Part shown: positions 50,039-59,700 of the stretch, one piece after another | How the letters are laid out: each line of letters opens with the position of its first letter | Position numbering within the stretch: position 1 is the stretch's first letter | Position numbers and translations under genes: made by a program | Notes under the pieces: model-generated | What the model was told of the DNA's origin: nothing | The model's input: only the letters and a program-made list of their open reading frames with translations | Database searches by the model: none | Source of the DNA: Candidatus Nanoarchaeia archaeon | GTDB lineage: Archaea; Nanobdellota; Nanobdellia; Woesearchaeales; UBA10216 | Reading direction: 5' to 3' | DNA: 60,457 bases | Assembly (NCBI GenBank): GCA_028279045.1 | Contig: JANQSZ010000027.1 | Location: forward strand, 1 to 60,457

Positions 50039-50888
50039 GTCGCAGCACAAGCAGCGCACCATTCATATCAAAAATAGTTTGCACAATAAATTTCAATCGA
50101 GGATAGTCAGCAACCTTTTTCTTCAACAATTTGTATTGAACACCAAGTTCCTCTATATTTGTATGGTTACTCTTGTAATAGGTTTCATAATATTGGCGCA
50201 AGAACGCATTCACATCTCCAAGCAACTTAATCTCTTTTTCGTCATGCAGCGTCGGAGCTAGCTCTGCATACAAATCTCCTATCCGTTCAATCTGTTCACT
50301 CAAATAATACAGCGGACCGCTCAACGTGTGGTGTTGTTTGTTCAACAATCTTCGACAAAAATCAGTATACCGATTAACAGTAGAATCCATTAACGGTATC
50401 GCATCCAATCCTGCTTGATCTTTTTTCTTTGCAGCATCGAGCGTATCATCTGCCATGCTTAGCACAAACATGAATGCTTGCCGCAGCACTTTATCAAATT
50501 CGCCAGCTTCTGCTTTAGAAATTTCCTTTGCAACTACCCGTGTTCTACTCTGTTCAACAATTTCAAACCCAATGCATGTTCTGCGCAGCACTTCTTGAAT
50601 AGAATCCAGCTGCGCTTTTTCTTCAAACTGCACTTCGATCTCATCAAACCCAGCCTTATACAATGCACCGATCGCTCTGCCAAGCATAACTTTCAACGCA
50701 CCAGCCTGCAACACTTTCTTCCGTTCTCCTGATGCTTTATCAGCAGCAATCACCAGCCCCTGCTCCTGTTCTTGCACTTCAACACTATCTCCTTTCTTCA
50801 ATCCTTGCTGGTGGGCCCATTTGCTAGGAAGCGATACCACTAGTGTATTCGTAGCCAGCTGAATCACACTGCGTTTCATGATAGGCAC
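50031..50888 (-). CDS. AbrB/SpoVT-domain + PhoU-like regulator
   Basis: 285 aa. The N-terminus VIQLATNTLVVSLPSKWAHQQGLKKGDSVEV is an AbrB-like swapped hairpin. The C-terminal helical repeats are of PhoU type (ERIGDLY). Confidence 0.75.
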   Translation of the reverse strand: MPIMKRSVIQLATNTLVVSLPSKWAHQQGLKKGDSVEVQEQEQGLVIAADKASGERKKVLQAGALKVMLGRAIGALYKAGFDEIEVQFEEKAQLDSIQEVLRRTCIGFEIVEQSRTRVVAKEISKAEAGEFDKVLRQAFMFVLSMADDTLDAAKKKDQAGLDAIPLMDSTVNRYTDFCRRLLNKQHHTLSGPLYYLSEQIERIGDLYAELAPTLHDEKEIKLLGDVNAFLRQYYETYYKSNHTNIEELGVQYKLLKKKVADYPRLKFIVQTIFDMNGALLVLRLS

Positions 50889-51016
50889 CAGGTAGTGAAT
50901 ACCATATATAAGTATTTCCTTCTTATATACGTATAAGATGCTATATAAGGTCTAAGAATTAACTATATACCTTTCTTCCGTATAAGTCGGAATACAACCG
51001 TTTAAGGTGATTCCCC

Positions 51017-51475
51017 ATGCTAAACAAGAAAGATCGAGTGATTATGTCGTGTCTCCGCAACAATGCCCGCGAGACCCTTACCAGAATGAGTAAATTAACC
51101 CACATACCAGTTTCCACCATATACGACCGCCTCCGCGCTCATGAAGAAAGCATCATCCAGAAGCACACAACTCTGATTGACTTCTCCAAGCTCGGCTATA
51201 ACGCCCGCGCAAACGTCTTTCTCAAAGTAGAGCGGTCAAACCGCGACAATCTCGTAAGCCATCTCAAAGCATCAGAACACACAAATTCCTTATTCAAAAT
51301 AAACAACGGCTACGACTTGTTAGTAGAATTCATTTTTCCTGACATCAAAGAACTGGAGGATTATCTTGACGAACTCGATGGACAATTCAACATCAAAGAT
51401 CGTCAAATGTTCTTTGTCATAGAAGATATCAAGCGCGAAGGCTTCCTTGCTGACCTGCAGCTTGCCCTCCTTTAG
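51017..51475 (+). CDS. Lrp/AsnC-family transcriptional regulator
   Basis: 152 aa. The HTH is LNKKDRVIMSCLRNNARETLTRMSKLTHIPVSTIYDRLRAHEE, followed by a RAM-like C-terminal domain. Confidence 0.85.
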   Translation: MLNKKDRVIMSCLRNNARETLTRMSKLTHIPVSTIYDRLRAHEESIIQKHTTLIDFSKLGYNARANVFLKVERSNRDNLVSHLKASEHTNSLFKINNGYDLLVEFIFPDIKELEDYLDELDGQFNIKDRQMFFVIEDIKREGFLADLQLALL

Positions 51476-52941
51476 TAACTTTTCCGCGTTTTCCGCGCAA
51501 AGATCAGTATTACTACGACAACAAGCAACACAAACGCCCCGAAAAAGAGAACTTGGTTTCCTTTTTCTCCGACTATTTTGCTTGCAGCTTCCGCAATAAA
51601 AGAATCCTCTTTCTCAGCTGCAGGTTTTTCTTCTTCTTGTTGCACAGGTTCTTCCTCTACAAACTCCCCCACAACTAAGAAGTTTACCTGAGTTTCTATT
51701 TCCCTTGTTTCCCCATACACTGTTTCATACCACAGCGTAACATCGACCGTATGATTTCCTTCTGGCAAATTCTGCGGGACACGTACTTCTGCATGACTGT
51801 TAAACGGTACAGATCCAAACGTCCCCTCTCCAGTGATAATGTCATCAACCTTGATCGTTCCCCATTGTACTGGAATTCTCTCCGGATTTACAACAAGCAA
51901 TCGCACTTCTTGTCCAGGCCCGTACGCAGACTGCACACTTCGCACATACGGCGTATTTCCATCTACTGTCACATTCAAGTCACCTTCGATCATAAACTGC
52001 TTACCCGATTCCAGTACATGCAGTTCCCAATCAAACGATAACTCTCCGAGCGCGCGCGGCTGGATAATAAAGGTCATGTTCTGCGTATCATCTTTCTTGA
52101 ACGATCGAGAAAACGTTGCTTTCTGCGGATTCTGTATGTTCGCTGTCTCCGCCTCGACAAATTCCAATCCATCAGGCAGCAAAACAACAAACTCATCCAT
52201 GTTTGTATCTTCTATTGCTTCCAAATCAAACACAAGTCGAATCTGGTCTGTAATTTCTACTGATTCGTTGTGTTCTGTTTCAATTTCTATTGGAAACGGC
52301 ATAACATTCACTGTCTGCGTTCCTGTTTCTGTCTTGAAACTCTTACCATTGTCATACGTTACCTTTGCCGAAACAACAATATCCTTCCCAGTCTTAGCTC
52401 TCAATATCATTGGACATTGTTGTTTAATTGATTGTTCAATTTCTCCGTGCCAGTACACCGAATCTCCTTTTATCGTACATTCAGAAGAGCTTATGTCCGC
52501 GTTGGTCCACGTCAAATTGATGCTGACATTCTCTGCTTCTTTCGACCCTGTATTCTGAATTACAGGTGTAATCGTCGCCTGTTCATTTATCTCCAAATCA
52601 TCTTTCGAAAGCAAGAACGTTATCTCCATGTCTGCAATCTGTTGTGTTATCTTAACCGTAGCTTTATACATAATCCTATCAGGATGACTAATATTATAAT
52701 GAGAAAACAACACATTCTCCGCACAAACCGTACGGTGTTCTTCAAATTCGCAACTATTATTCTCCAGAATGTAACTGTTGTCTCCCCAATCTATAGAGAC
52801 ATCTTCCCCAACAATACTCACAGTAAGAAAATCATCCCCTGCCTTATACGGCACAAACTCGACTGCTGTTCCTGAGAAAACGCTCTCTTCCAGCGCATAG
52901 GCGCTCGGAAGTAAGAATAAAAAAAGAAGGAGGTACTTCAT
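51472..52941 (-). CDS. Cell-surface protein with a signal peptide, CARDB-like beta-sandwich repeats and a C-terminal TM anchor
   Basis: I trimmed the ORF 51472-53001 to ATG 52941 (ATGA overlap with the dut stop). MKYLLLFLFLLPSAYA signal, IQNTGSKEAENVSINL (CARDB-like), and C-terminus VLFFGAFVLLVVVVILIFARKTRK. Confidence 0.75.
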   Translation of the reverse strand: MKYLLLFLFLLPSAYALEESVFSGTAVEFVPYKAGDDFLTVSIVGEDVSIDWGDNSYILENNSCEFEEHRTVCAENVLFSHYNISHPDRIMYKATVKITQQIADMEITFLLSKDDLEINEQATITPVIQNTGSKEAENVSINLTWTNADISSSECTIKGDSVYWHGEIEQSIKQQCPMILRAKTGKDIVVSAKVTYDNGKSFKTETGTQTVNVMPFPIEIETEHNESVEITDQIRLVFDLEAIEDTNMDEFVVLLPDGLEFVEAETANIQNPQKATFSRSFKKDDTQNMTFIIQPRALGELSFDWELHVLESGKQFMIEGDLNVTVDGNTPYVRSVQSAYGPGQEVRLLVVNPERIPVQWGTIKVDDIITGEGTFGSVPFNSHAEVRVPQNLPEGNHTVDVTLWYETVYGETREIETQVNFLVVGEFVEEEPVQQEEEKPAAEKEDSFIAEAASKIVGEKGNQVLFFGAFVLLVVVVILIFARKTRKSY

Positions 52942-53363
52942 CCGGTGCTCCCAAATCCTCCTCTGCTTTCGCCCATCTGGTCTTTCTCTTCCCATGCGCA
53001 TGTTTCGATCTTGACAAATATTCCTTGTGCAATGCGCTCTCCGCGTTCTACAAGCACATCTCCATCGGTGATGTTGTACACTTGCACACCAATTTCGTCT
53101 TCTTCTCCACTATAATCTTGATCAATAACCCCTATACCGTGCGGCTTTATCAATCCTTTCTTCTTTGGTGTCGAACTACGCAATGCAAGCAGCAGCATAT
53201 AGCCTGGCGGAGTACGAACAATAATATTGCCCGGTACTAACCCAATCTTCCCTGCTGGAATTGTAGTATCTTGTCTGCAGTGGATATCAAATCCTACAGA
53301 GCCCGCTGTTTTGTATTCCGGTAGCGGAATTTCTTTATCAATTCGCTTGATTTCAATGTTCAT
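52938..53363 (-). CDS. dut: dUTP diphosphatase (trimeric dUTPase)
   Basis: 141 aa. AGSVGFDI, RSSTPKKKGL and GVIDQDYSGE motifs. Confidence 0.9.
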   Translation of the reverse strand: MNIEIKRIDKEIPLPEYKTAGSVGFDIHCRQDTTIPAGKIGLVPGNIIVRTPPGYMLLLALRSSTPKKKGLIKPHGIGVIDQDYSGEEDEIGVQVYNITDGDVLVERGERIAQGIFVKIETCAWEEKDQMGESRGGFGSTG

Positions 53364-53610
53364 CGTTCAAAACTCTGTCTACTTGCTTAATACTCTGCGC
53401 CATATGCAGTACATTACCGTCATCGTCTAAGAAAAGCACGGTAGGCACGCTCGTAATTCCATATTGCCCTATTTGTTCCCTGTTTTCCGGTTGGCTCGCA
53501 TCGATAAGTTCTCCTTTGAGTTCTTGTTTCGACATATGGTCTTTAACCGCAGGACAACTTGGACAAGTGGGCGTTGTAAACAGTTTGTATTTCGCTATCA
53601 TCGCTTTCAC
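53353..53610 (-). CDS. Small thioredoxin-fold redoxin (glutaredoxin/NrdH-like, CPSC active site)
   Basis: 85 aa. KLFTTPTCPSCPAVK...ITSVPTVLF. Confidence 0.8.
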   Translation of the reverse strand: MKAMIAKYKLFTTPTCPSCPAVKDHMSKQELKGELIDASQPENREQIGQYGITSVPTVLFLDDDGNVLHMAQSIKQVDRVLNDEH

Positions 53611-54047
53611 CTAACTAGTTTCTTGAGCTCTTGCTCAAACATTTTCACGTCTTCAAATTCGCGGTATACAGAAGTGAATCGTAAGTATGCTACTTTGTCT
53701 ATGCTCTTGAGTCGTTTGACAACCATATCTCCAATTTTCTTGCTGGACACTTCACAAATATCTTTTTTGCGCAGTTCTTGTTCAATACTGTCGGCAATTC
53801 CATCAAGTTGTTCAGTTGACAATCTCTTCTCGCATGCTTTCGATAGCCCCTCAACAATTTTCTCTCTATTGAACGGCTCTGTTGCACCGCCTTTTTTCAT
53901 GACCGTAATCTCTACTTCAAGTCGCTCGTACGTTGTAAAACGTCGTGCACATTTCAAGCATTCTCTGCGCCGGCGTGTAGAATTTACATCAGTTGTCTCT
54001 CGTTTGTCCACAACTTTCGTATCCTTCTTACAATAGGGGCATTTCAT
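53607..54047 (-). CDS. nrdR: NrdR transcriptional repressor (zinc ribbon + ATP-cone)
   Basis: 146 aa. MKCPYCKKDTKVVDKRET...RRRRECLKCARRFTTYERLE is the NrdR signature. It is followed by an ATP-cone (VMKKGGATEPFNREKI...AYLRFTSVYREF). Confidence 0.9.
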   Translation of the reverse strand: MKCPYCKKDTKVVDKRETTDVNSTRRRRECLKCARRFTTYERLEVEITVMKKGGATEPFNREKIVEGLSKACEKRLSTEQLDGIADSIEQELRKKDICEVSSKKIGDMVVKRLKSIDKVAYLRFTSVYREFEDVKMFEQELKKLVR

Positions 54048-54601
54048 TCTTCTTCGTTCAAGTACCGGTAAATTGGTTGTTGCTCCTTTACTTGTTCATT
54101 ATTTGCAAGCCTCGCAAGCAAGTACAGTGCATCTGATAATCTATTCAAGTATTGCAGTAATTCTCCTCGGATTTCAACATTCTTACTGAGCCGCACAACA
54201 TGCCGTTCTGCTCTCCGAGCGATAGTTCGTGCATAATCAAGATACGCACTCTCTTTTGTTCCGCCAGGAACTACAAAGCTCTTCGGCAGTACAATAGTGT
54301 TCATGATGTCATCACTCAATTGTTCAATCTCTGCAACATGCTTTTTCGTGATAATCGGAATGTTCTGATTCTCTTTTGTTCCTTGCGCAAGCTCTGCGCA
54401 AACAGTAAACAGATCATTTTGCAATTTTGAAACAATTTCTTGAACTTTTTTATCGTTCATATGGCTCTTGGCAACGCCAAGAATAGAATTAACTTCGTCA
54501 TAGGTCCCGTACGCCTCGATCCGCAGGTCGTCTTTACCAACAACCTCTCCGCTGATGAACCGAGTGGTACCTTTATCACCGCCTTTTGTATAAATGTGCA
54601 T
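54044..54601 (-). CDS. pduO: ATP:cob(I)alamin adenosyltransferase, PduO type
   Basis: 185 aa. MHIYTKGGDKGTT...DDLRIEAYGTYDEVNS...RTIARRAER. Confidence 0.9.
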   Translation of the reverse strand: MHIYTKGGDKGTTRFISGEVVGKDDLRIEAYGTYDEVNSILGVAKSHMNDKKVQEIVSKLQNDLFTVCAELAQGTKENQNIPIITKKHVAEIEQLSDDIMNTIVLPKSFVVPGGTKESAYLDYARTIARRAERHVVRLSKNVEIRGELLQYLNRLSDALYLLARLANNEQVKEQQPIYRYLNEEE

Positions 54602-56743
54602 TTAGTCGCATGAAGTGTAACCGCAGGATTCGCAGGTTCCACATCCCTCCTTATCGATCAGCTGTGTATCGCACTCTGGACAAAGATCAGGTTGGTGTTC
54701 GTCTCCGATAGTAACCACTTGATCACTCATACTTTGATCTCGATAAATCGTAATTCCTTTACATCCCAATTTGTACGCTTGTAAATAGGCGTTCTCCACG
54801 TCATCAATAGTTGCACTACTTGGGAAGTTAATCGTCTTGGATATTGCACCGTCAACATATTTTTGGAATGCAGCTTGCATCCGCACGTGCGATTCCGGAG
54901 AAATGTCCATTCCCGTTACAAACACGCGTTTGATTGCATCTGGAATGTCTGCAATCCTCTGCACACTCCCTCCTTGTGCAATTCTTCTCATTAAATCAAG
55001 ACTGTAAAACTCTTCTTCTTTTGCAGCACGTTCAAATAACGGATTGCTGTACACCATTTCTGTTCCCATAACCGTCTTGATATACGACAATGCGAAGTTT
55101 GGTTCGCATCCGCTCGATACATCTGCCAATAAACTGATAGTTCCTGTCGGCGATATCGCCGTTACACCAGAATTTCGCATCTGACGGCCTTGCTGTTGGT
55201 GAATAGATCCTTCCCATCGAGGATATGCTCCTCGCTTCTTTGCAAGATCTTGTGAAGCGTTATGTGCAGTTTTCTGAATAAAGCTCATCACTTTCTCTGC
55301 AGTTTCAAACCCAGATTCACTGTCATAGGATATACGCAGCGCATACAACATGTCTGCAAAGCCCATAATTCCCAGTCCGATCTTTCGGGTTGCTTTACAA
55401 ACAGCTTCCATTTCTTCTAGTGGATATGAAGTAGCGTCAACAGCATTGTCCAAGAAGTGAACAGCTCCCTTAACAGCTTCCTCCAACCCTTTCCAGTCAA
55501 TCTTCTGGTCTTCCTTAACAAAAGACTTCAAATTAATTGATCCGAAAGGGCTGCTTTCATACGGAAGCATCGGTTGTTCTCCACAAGGGCTTGTACTTTC
55601 CACGTCTCCCAAGTGTCGTCCGCCGTGGAGATCATTCATTCTGTCAATAAATACTATGCCGGGATCTCCTGTTTTCCACGCGTTCTGCAATAGCACGTTA
55701 AACACATTTCGTGCCTTAAGCCGCTTTACTGATTTTCCAGTCCGTGGATTAATTAAATCGTAATGTTCATCAGCCAGCACTGCTTCCATGAACGCATTTG
55801 TAGCCGCTACTGAAATGTTGAAGTTCTGCAGTGTCTGTTTGTCTTCTTTCAAATGTATGAATGATAAAATATCAGGGTGATCTATGCGTAAAATGCCCAT
55901 ATTTGCTCCGCTTCTCTTTCCGCCTTGCAGTACTGCTTCCGCAGAACTATCAAACACTTTCATGAATGATATTGGTCCGCCTGCAACACCTTGTTTTCGA
56001 TGCACAGTATCTCCTGCAGGACGCAAGCGTGAGAAATTAAACCCTGTTCCGCCACCGCGTTGTTGAATAATCGCAGCATGCTTTATCGCATCATAGATAC
56101 TTTCCATGCTGTCGTAAATCGGCAGCACGTAACAACTGCTGAGCTGCGGCACATCTGTTCCAGCATTCATCAGCGTCGGTGATGTTGGCAAGAATTGCAA
56201 TTCTGTCATCATCGAATAGAACTTATCTGCAGACTGTTGCACTTCTTGGTCGCTTCCACCATATTGTCGATCAACTTCTGCAAGTGATTGTGAAACTCTC
56301 CGCAGCATATCCTCGGGAGTTTCATTAAGTGTTCCATCTGCGCTCTTCCGCAGATAACGTTGTTCTAGAATCTTCAATGCGTTATGTGAAAAATTAAGTT
56401 CTTTGATCTTGGCAGCTTTTTCTTCTCCAAGAATCAAGCTTCTTTTCTCTCTATCTGATGTTCGTTCGTGTCGATACAAAATGTACGCTTTTGCTGTCTT
56501 CGCATGCGCACTCCGTATCAATACTTCTTCCGTTATGTCTTGAATGTCTTCGACATGCGGCATTCCTTCTGTGAATCGTTGGCGTACGACTTCTTCTACT
56601 TTCTGAGCAAGTTCTTTAGAAGTTTTCTTATCCTTTCCACCTACGGATTGTGCAGCTTTGAAAATAGCATCTGCTATTTTTTCCACTTCAAATTCCGCAA
56701 TGCTTCCATCACGTTTCTTTACGTGAAATCGTGTAGGGAGCAT
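54602..56743 (-). CDS. Class II (adenosylcobalamin) ribonucleotide reductase paralogue with substituted active-site Asn and Cys
   Basis: I trimmed the ORF 54602-56767 to ATG 56743, which has a GAGGGG SD 5 nt upstream and lies 11 nt after the upstream stop. N-terminal ATP-cone, LSSCYV, STSPCGEQPMLPYESSPFGSINL, and a C-terminal Cys-rich finger CPEC...CGTCESCG. Confidence 0.85.
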   Translation of the reverse strand: MLPTRFHVKKRDGSIAEFEVEKIADAIFKAAQSVGGKDKKTSKELAQKVEEVVRQRFTEGMPHVEDIQDITEEVLIRSAHAKTAKAYILYRHERTSDREKRSLILGEEKAAKIKELNFSHNALKILEQRYLRKSADGTLNETPEDMLRRVSQSLAEVDRQYGGSDQEVQQSADKFYSMMTELQFLPTSPTLMNAGTDVPQLSSCYVLPIYDSMESIYDAIKHAAIIQQRGGGTGFNFSRLRPAGDTVHRKQGVAGGPISFMKVFDSSAEAVLQGGKRSGANMGILRIDHPDILSFIHLKEDKQTLQNFNISVAATNAFMEAVLADEHYDLINPRTGKSVKRLKARNVFNVLLQNAWKTGDPGIVFIDRMNDLHGGRHLGDVESTSPCGEQPMLPYESSPFGSINLKSFVKEDQKIDWKGLEEAVKGAVHFLDNAVDATSYPLEEMEAVCKATRKIGLGIMGFADMLYALRISYDSESGFETAEKVMSFIQKTAHNASQDLAKKRGAYPRWEGSIHQQQGRQMRNSGVTAISPTGTISLLADVSSGCEPNFALSYIKTVMGTEMVYSNPLFERAAKEEEFYSLDLMRRIAQGGSVQRIADIPDAIKRVFVTGMDISPESHVRMQAAFQKYVDGAISKTINFPSSATIDDVENAYLQAYKLGCKGITIYRDQSMSDQVVTIGDEHQPDLCPECDTQLIDKEGCGTCESCGYTSCD

Positions 56744-56754
56744 GTGTTCCCCTC

Positions 56755-59700
56755 TCATATATCGCACTTACTAAATCCACAATTCTCGTCCATGCACGTA
56801 TGGCAACCATTCTCAAGTTTTAAGGTTTGCTTTCCGCATTCAGGGCAGGCGCTCAGCTGCATTCCTGCAGCTTCAATATCTGCTTCTTGAACAGCTTCCT
56901 TCTCCTGCTTCTGCATGTTCAGCATTCCTGCCTGTTCACTCACCACGCCATTCTTAATAGCGTGATACACCGTTGTCAACGATCCGTCTGGCATGGTCAA
57001 CACACTATCTCCGTGCACTTCCATGGTTTCTCCATTCATTTCAATAGTAAACGTCTTATCTTTCAATTCTTGGAATTGTGTTTTCTTTCCTTCAACGCTC
57101 AGGATTGGGTATCGGGATCCATCTCTATAGATAGTAATTCCTTTCAACCCTTTCTTCCACGCTTCCAAATAAATCTTCGAAATAACTTCTGGTTCAATAT
57201 CTTCTGCCATATTGACTGTAGATGAAATACTGTGGTCTACATACTTTTGACAGACACCTTGAATCTCCACGCGTCTTTCAGGATCAACGTGGTGTGCTGT
57301 TCTGAAAAAGTGCGCAGGCAAAATTTCTCTCAATTCATCTTCGTTTTCACACTTTTCAACAGCGTCTTTCAATCCTTTTTCTTCTATGTACGCATTTACA
57401 GTATTGTGGAACACCTTAAACAATTTGTTTCCAAACGATTCTGATCTCCGCGTATAATACAGTGAGAAAATAGGCTCAACACCACCACTCACACCAACAT
57501 AATATTTGTTTCCGCTCACGTATCCCAAAATAATGTTTGAGATTGTTCCCGTCGGTGCAATCGAAAGAACTGCAATATTTCTCAATCCTTTCTGTTTAAT
57601 TTGTTCTTTTGTTTCATCGCTTAGCGATTCTACAAAGAACGCACCTTCTTTATATTTATCATAATCAAAAATTGGCGAACTCCCTTTTTCCGCTGCCAAA
57701 TCAGCGCTTGCCTGATAACTGCTATCTGCGATTTCTTTCATGACACGCCCGATAACTTCCATCCCTTCATCACTATCATATCCTTTTCCGATCTGGTTCA
57801 ACATGTCTGCGATTCCCATCACACCAAGACCTAATCTTCGAGTTTCACCCGCGGCTACGCGTTGTTTGTCCAACGCATTTAACGTTTCATTCCAAATAAC
57901 AACATTATCCAAGAACCGCGTTAAGATTCGTGCAGACTCATCAAGTCCTTGCCAGTCTACTTGCGCGTTTTCTCCGTATCCATTCTTCACAAACCGCGAC
58001 AAGTTTAACGAACCAAGGTTGCACGCTCCTCCGTCTTCTAGTGGAACTTCTCCGCACGGATTCGTACTTGCAATAGGTCGACCAACATAGTTAGATGGTG
58101 AGTACTTTGTCATCGTACTCCAGAAGATTAATCCAGGTTCTGCAGTTTGGTAGTTTCCCTCGACAAAGTCATTCCATAGTGTTCGTGCTTTCACCATTTG
58201 TCGGATTTCTCCGGTGTTGCTTGTGTTGTAATACAGCATGTAGTCTCCTGCACGCCGTACAGCATATTCTGCATCTCCAGAAACAACATAGTCAGCAAAA
58301 ATATCTCGCTTTGCCTCTTTGTCAAACTCTTCTTCTGCGATAGTTTGCGCATTATGTGATGTTAAGAATGCATTTGCAGCTTGCAATGAATCAAACACGC
58401 CCACTTCTTCATACTTATCAATTGGACGTTCTGGAATTCCGTATGAGTAATGAACGTTGCCTGTTTGCGGCGCACTTAACGTGTTTACTTCAGGATCTTT
58501 CTTGTACACCAAAATCTTATCCGCTCCATGTCTGACTTGCTCTTCAACAGCTTGCATGAATTCATCAGTTACCTTCAAACTAATGTTCGCAAATCGAACT
58601 TGTGTGTTTTCCCGAACTTGTTTCTCAATAATCCGCAACTGATTCTCATTAAATTCTCCAGACCAGCTGCATTGTTCCTTAATCTGGCTTGTAACCCAGT
58701 TAGAATCTTTCTTTGCTTTCATGAACAGCGGACTATCTGGGTGTTTAACATCTACCGTCAACATAAGCGCTCCTCGTCGGCCAGATTGCCCAATTAGCCC
58801 AGTAGTCAACGAGTAGATTTCCATAAACGAAACAGCACCGGTACTATTGTCTGCTGCATTATGCACAATCGATCCTTTTGGTCGCAGTGAGGAGATATCA
58901 ACTCCGATTCCTCCTCCGTAGCTGTATGTTCGCGCACATTCATATGCAGCTTTGTAAATAGATTCAATATCATCATTCGCTATGACTGATACAAAGCAGT
59001 TAGCAAGTGTTTTCAACCGGTACAGATCTCCTGCTCCCGCAATAACCCGTCCGCCTGGCAAGAAGTGCCCTTGAAACAGTTCAGTGTAAAATTTCTCTGC
59101 CCATTCTTTCTGCTTTTCTTCTGTGGTTTCAACCGCAGCCACAAAAGCAGCCAGTCGAGTGAACATTTGTTCAGGCTGCGTCTCAATCAGTTCATTTGTC
59201 AAGTCTTTCAAGAAGTACTTCTTCTTGTAAATGTTCGTTGCAAGTTCATTTCCTTGCAAGTAGTTCCCTTCAGGATGAACAGGGAGTTTTCCAGCTTTCT
59301 GTTGCTCTTTCAGGTAGAACAGCATATTCTTGTACGCTTCAATTCTGTCATACCCCATCAAGCTGGCAAGCTTACTCTTGTGAGCAAACATGTTCATGAG
59401 CGCAGCAGTCTCTTTGTCGTCTTCCCGGGAAGACTTCGCAGCTTGCTCCCGGAGCTCAGCTCGCTTTGCTCTATACAGAATAAAGGATTTGGCAGTCTTA
59501 TCATGCCCATTTTTGATCAGAATTTCTTCCACAAGGTCTTGGATGTCTTCTACAGTTGGAGCAGCATTTGCAAATTTCTCACTGGCTCGCGCTACTACTT
59601 GCCCTGCAAGTTGATCAGCTAATTCGCGGTTTGTACCTCCGCTTGCCATGGCTGCTTTGAAAATTACAGCAGAAATCTTTGCAGTGTCAAAATCTACTTC

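Noticed and set aside
51833-52558. 241-aa plus-strand ORF antisense to the surface-protein gene, with similar long antisense ORFs at 27009-27491 (secY), 28891-29382 (uS5), 45583-46086, 53464-54036 and 59065-59622
   Set aside because: Each is fully nested antisense in a gene with clear family motifs and has low-complexity or hydrophobic nonsense composition. None has a promoter or SD.
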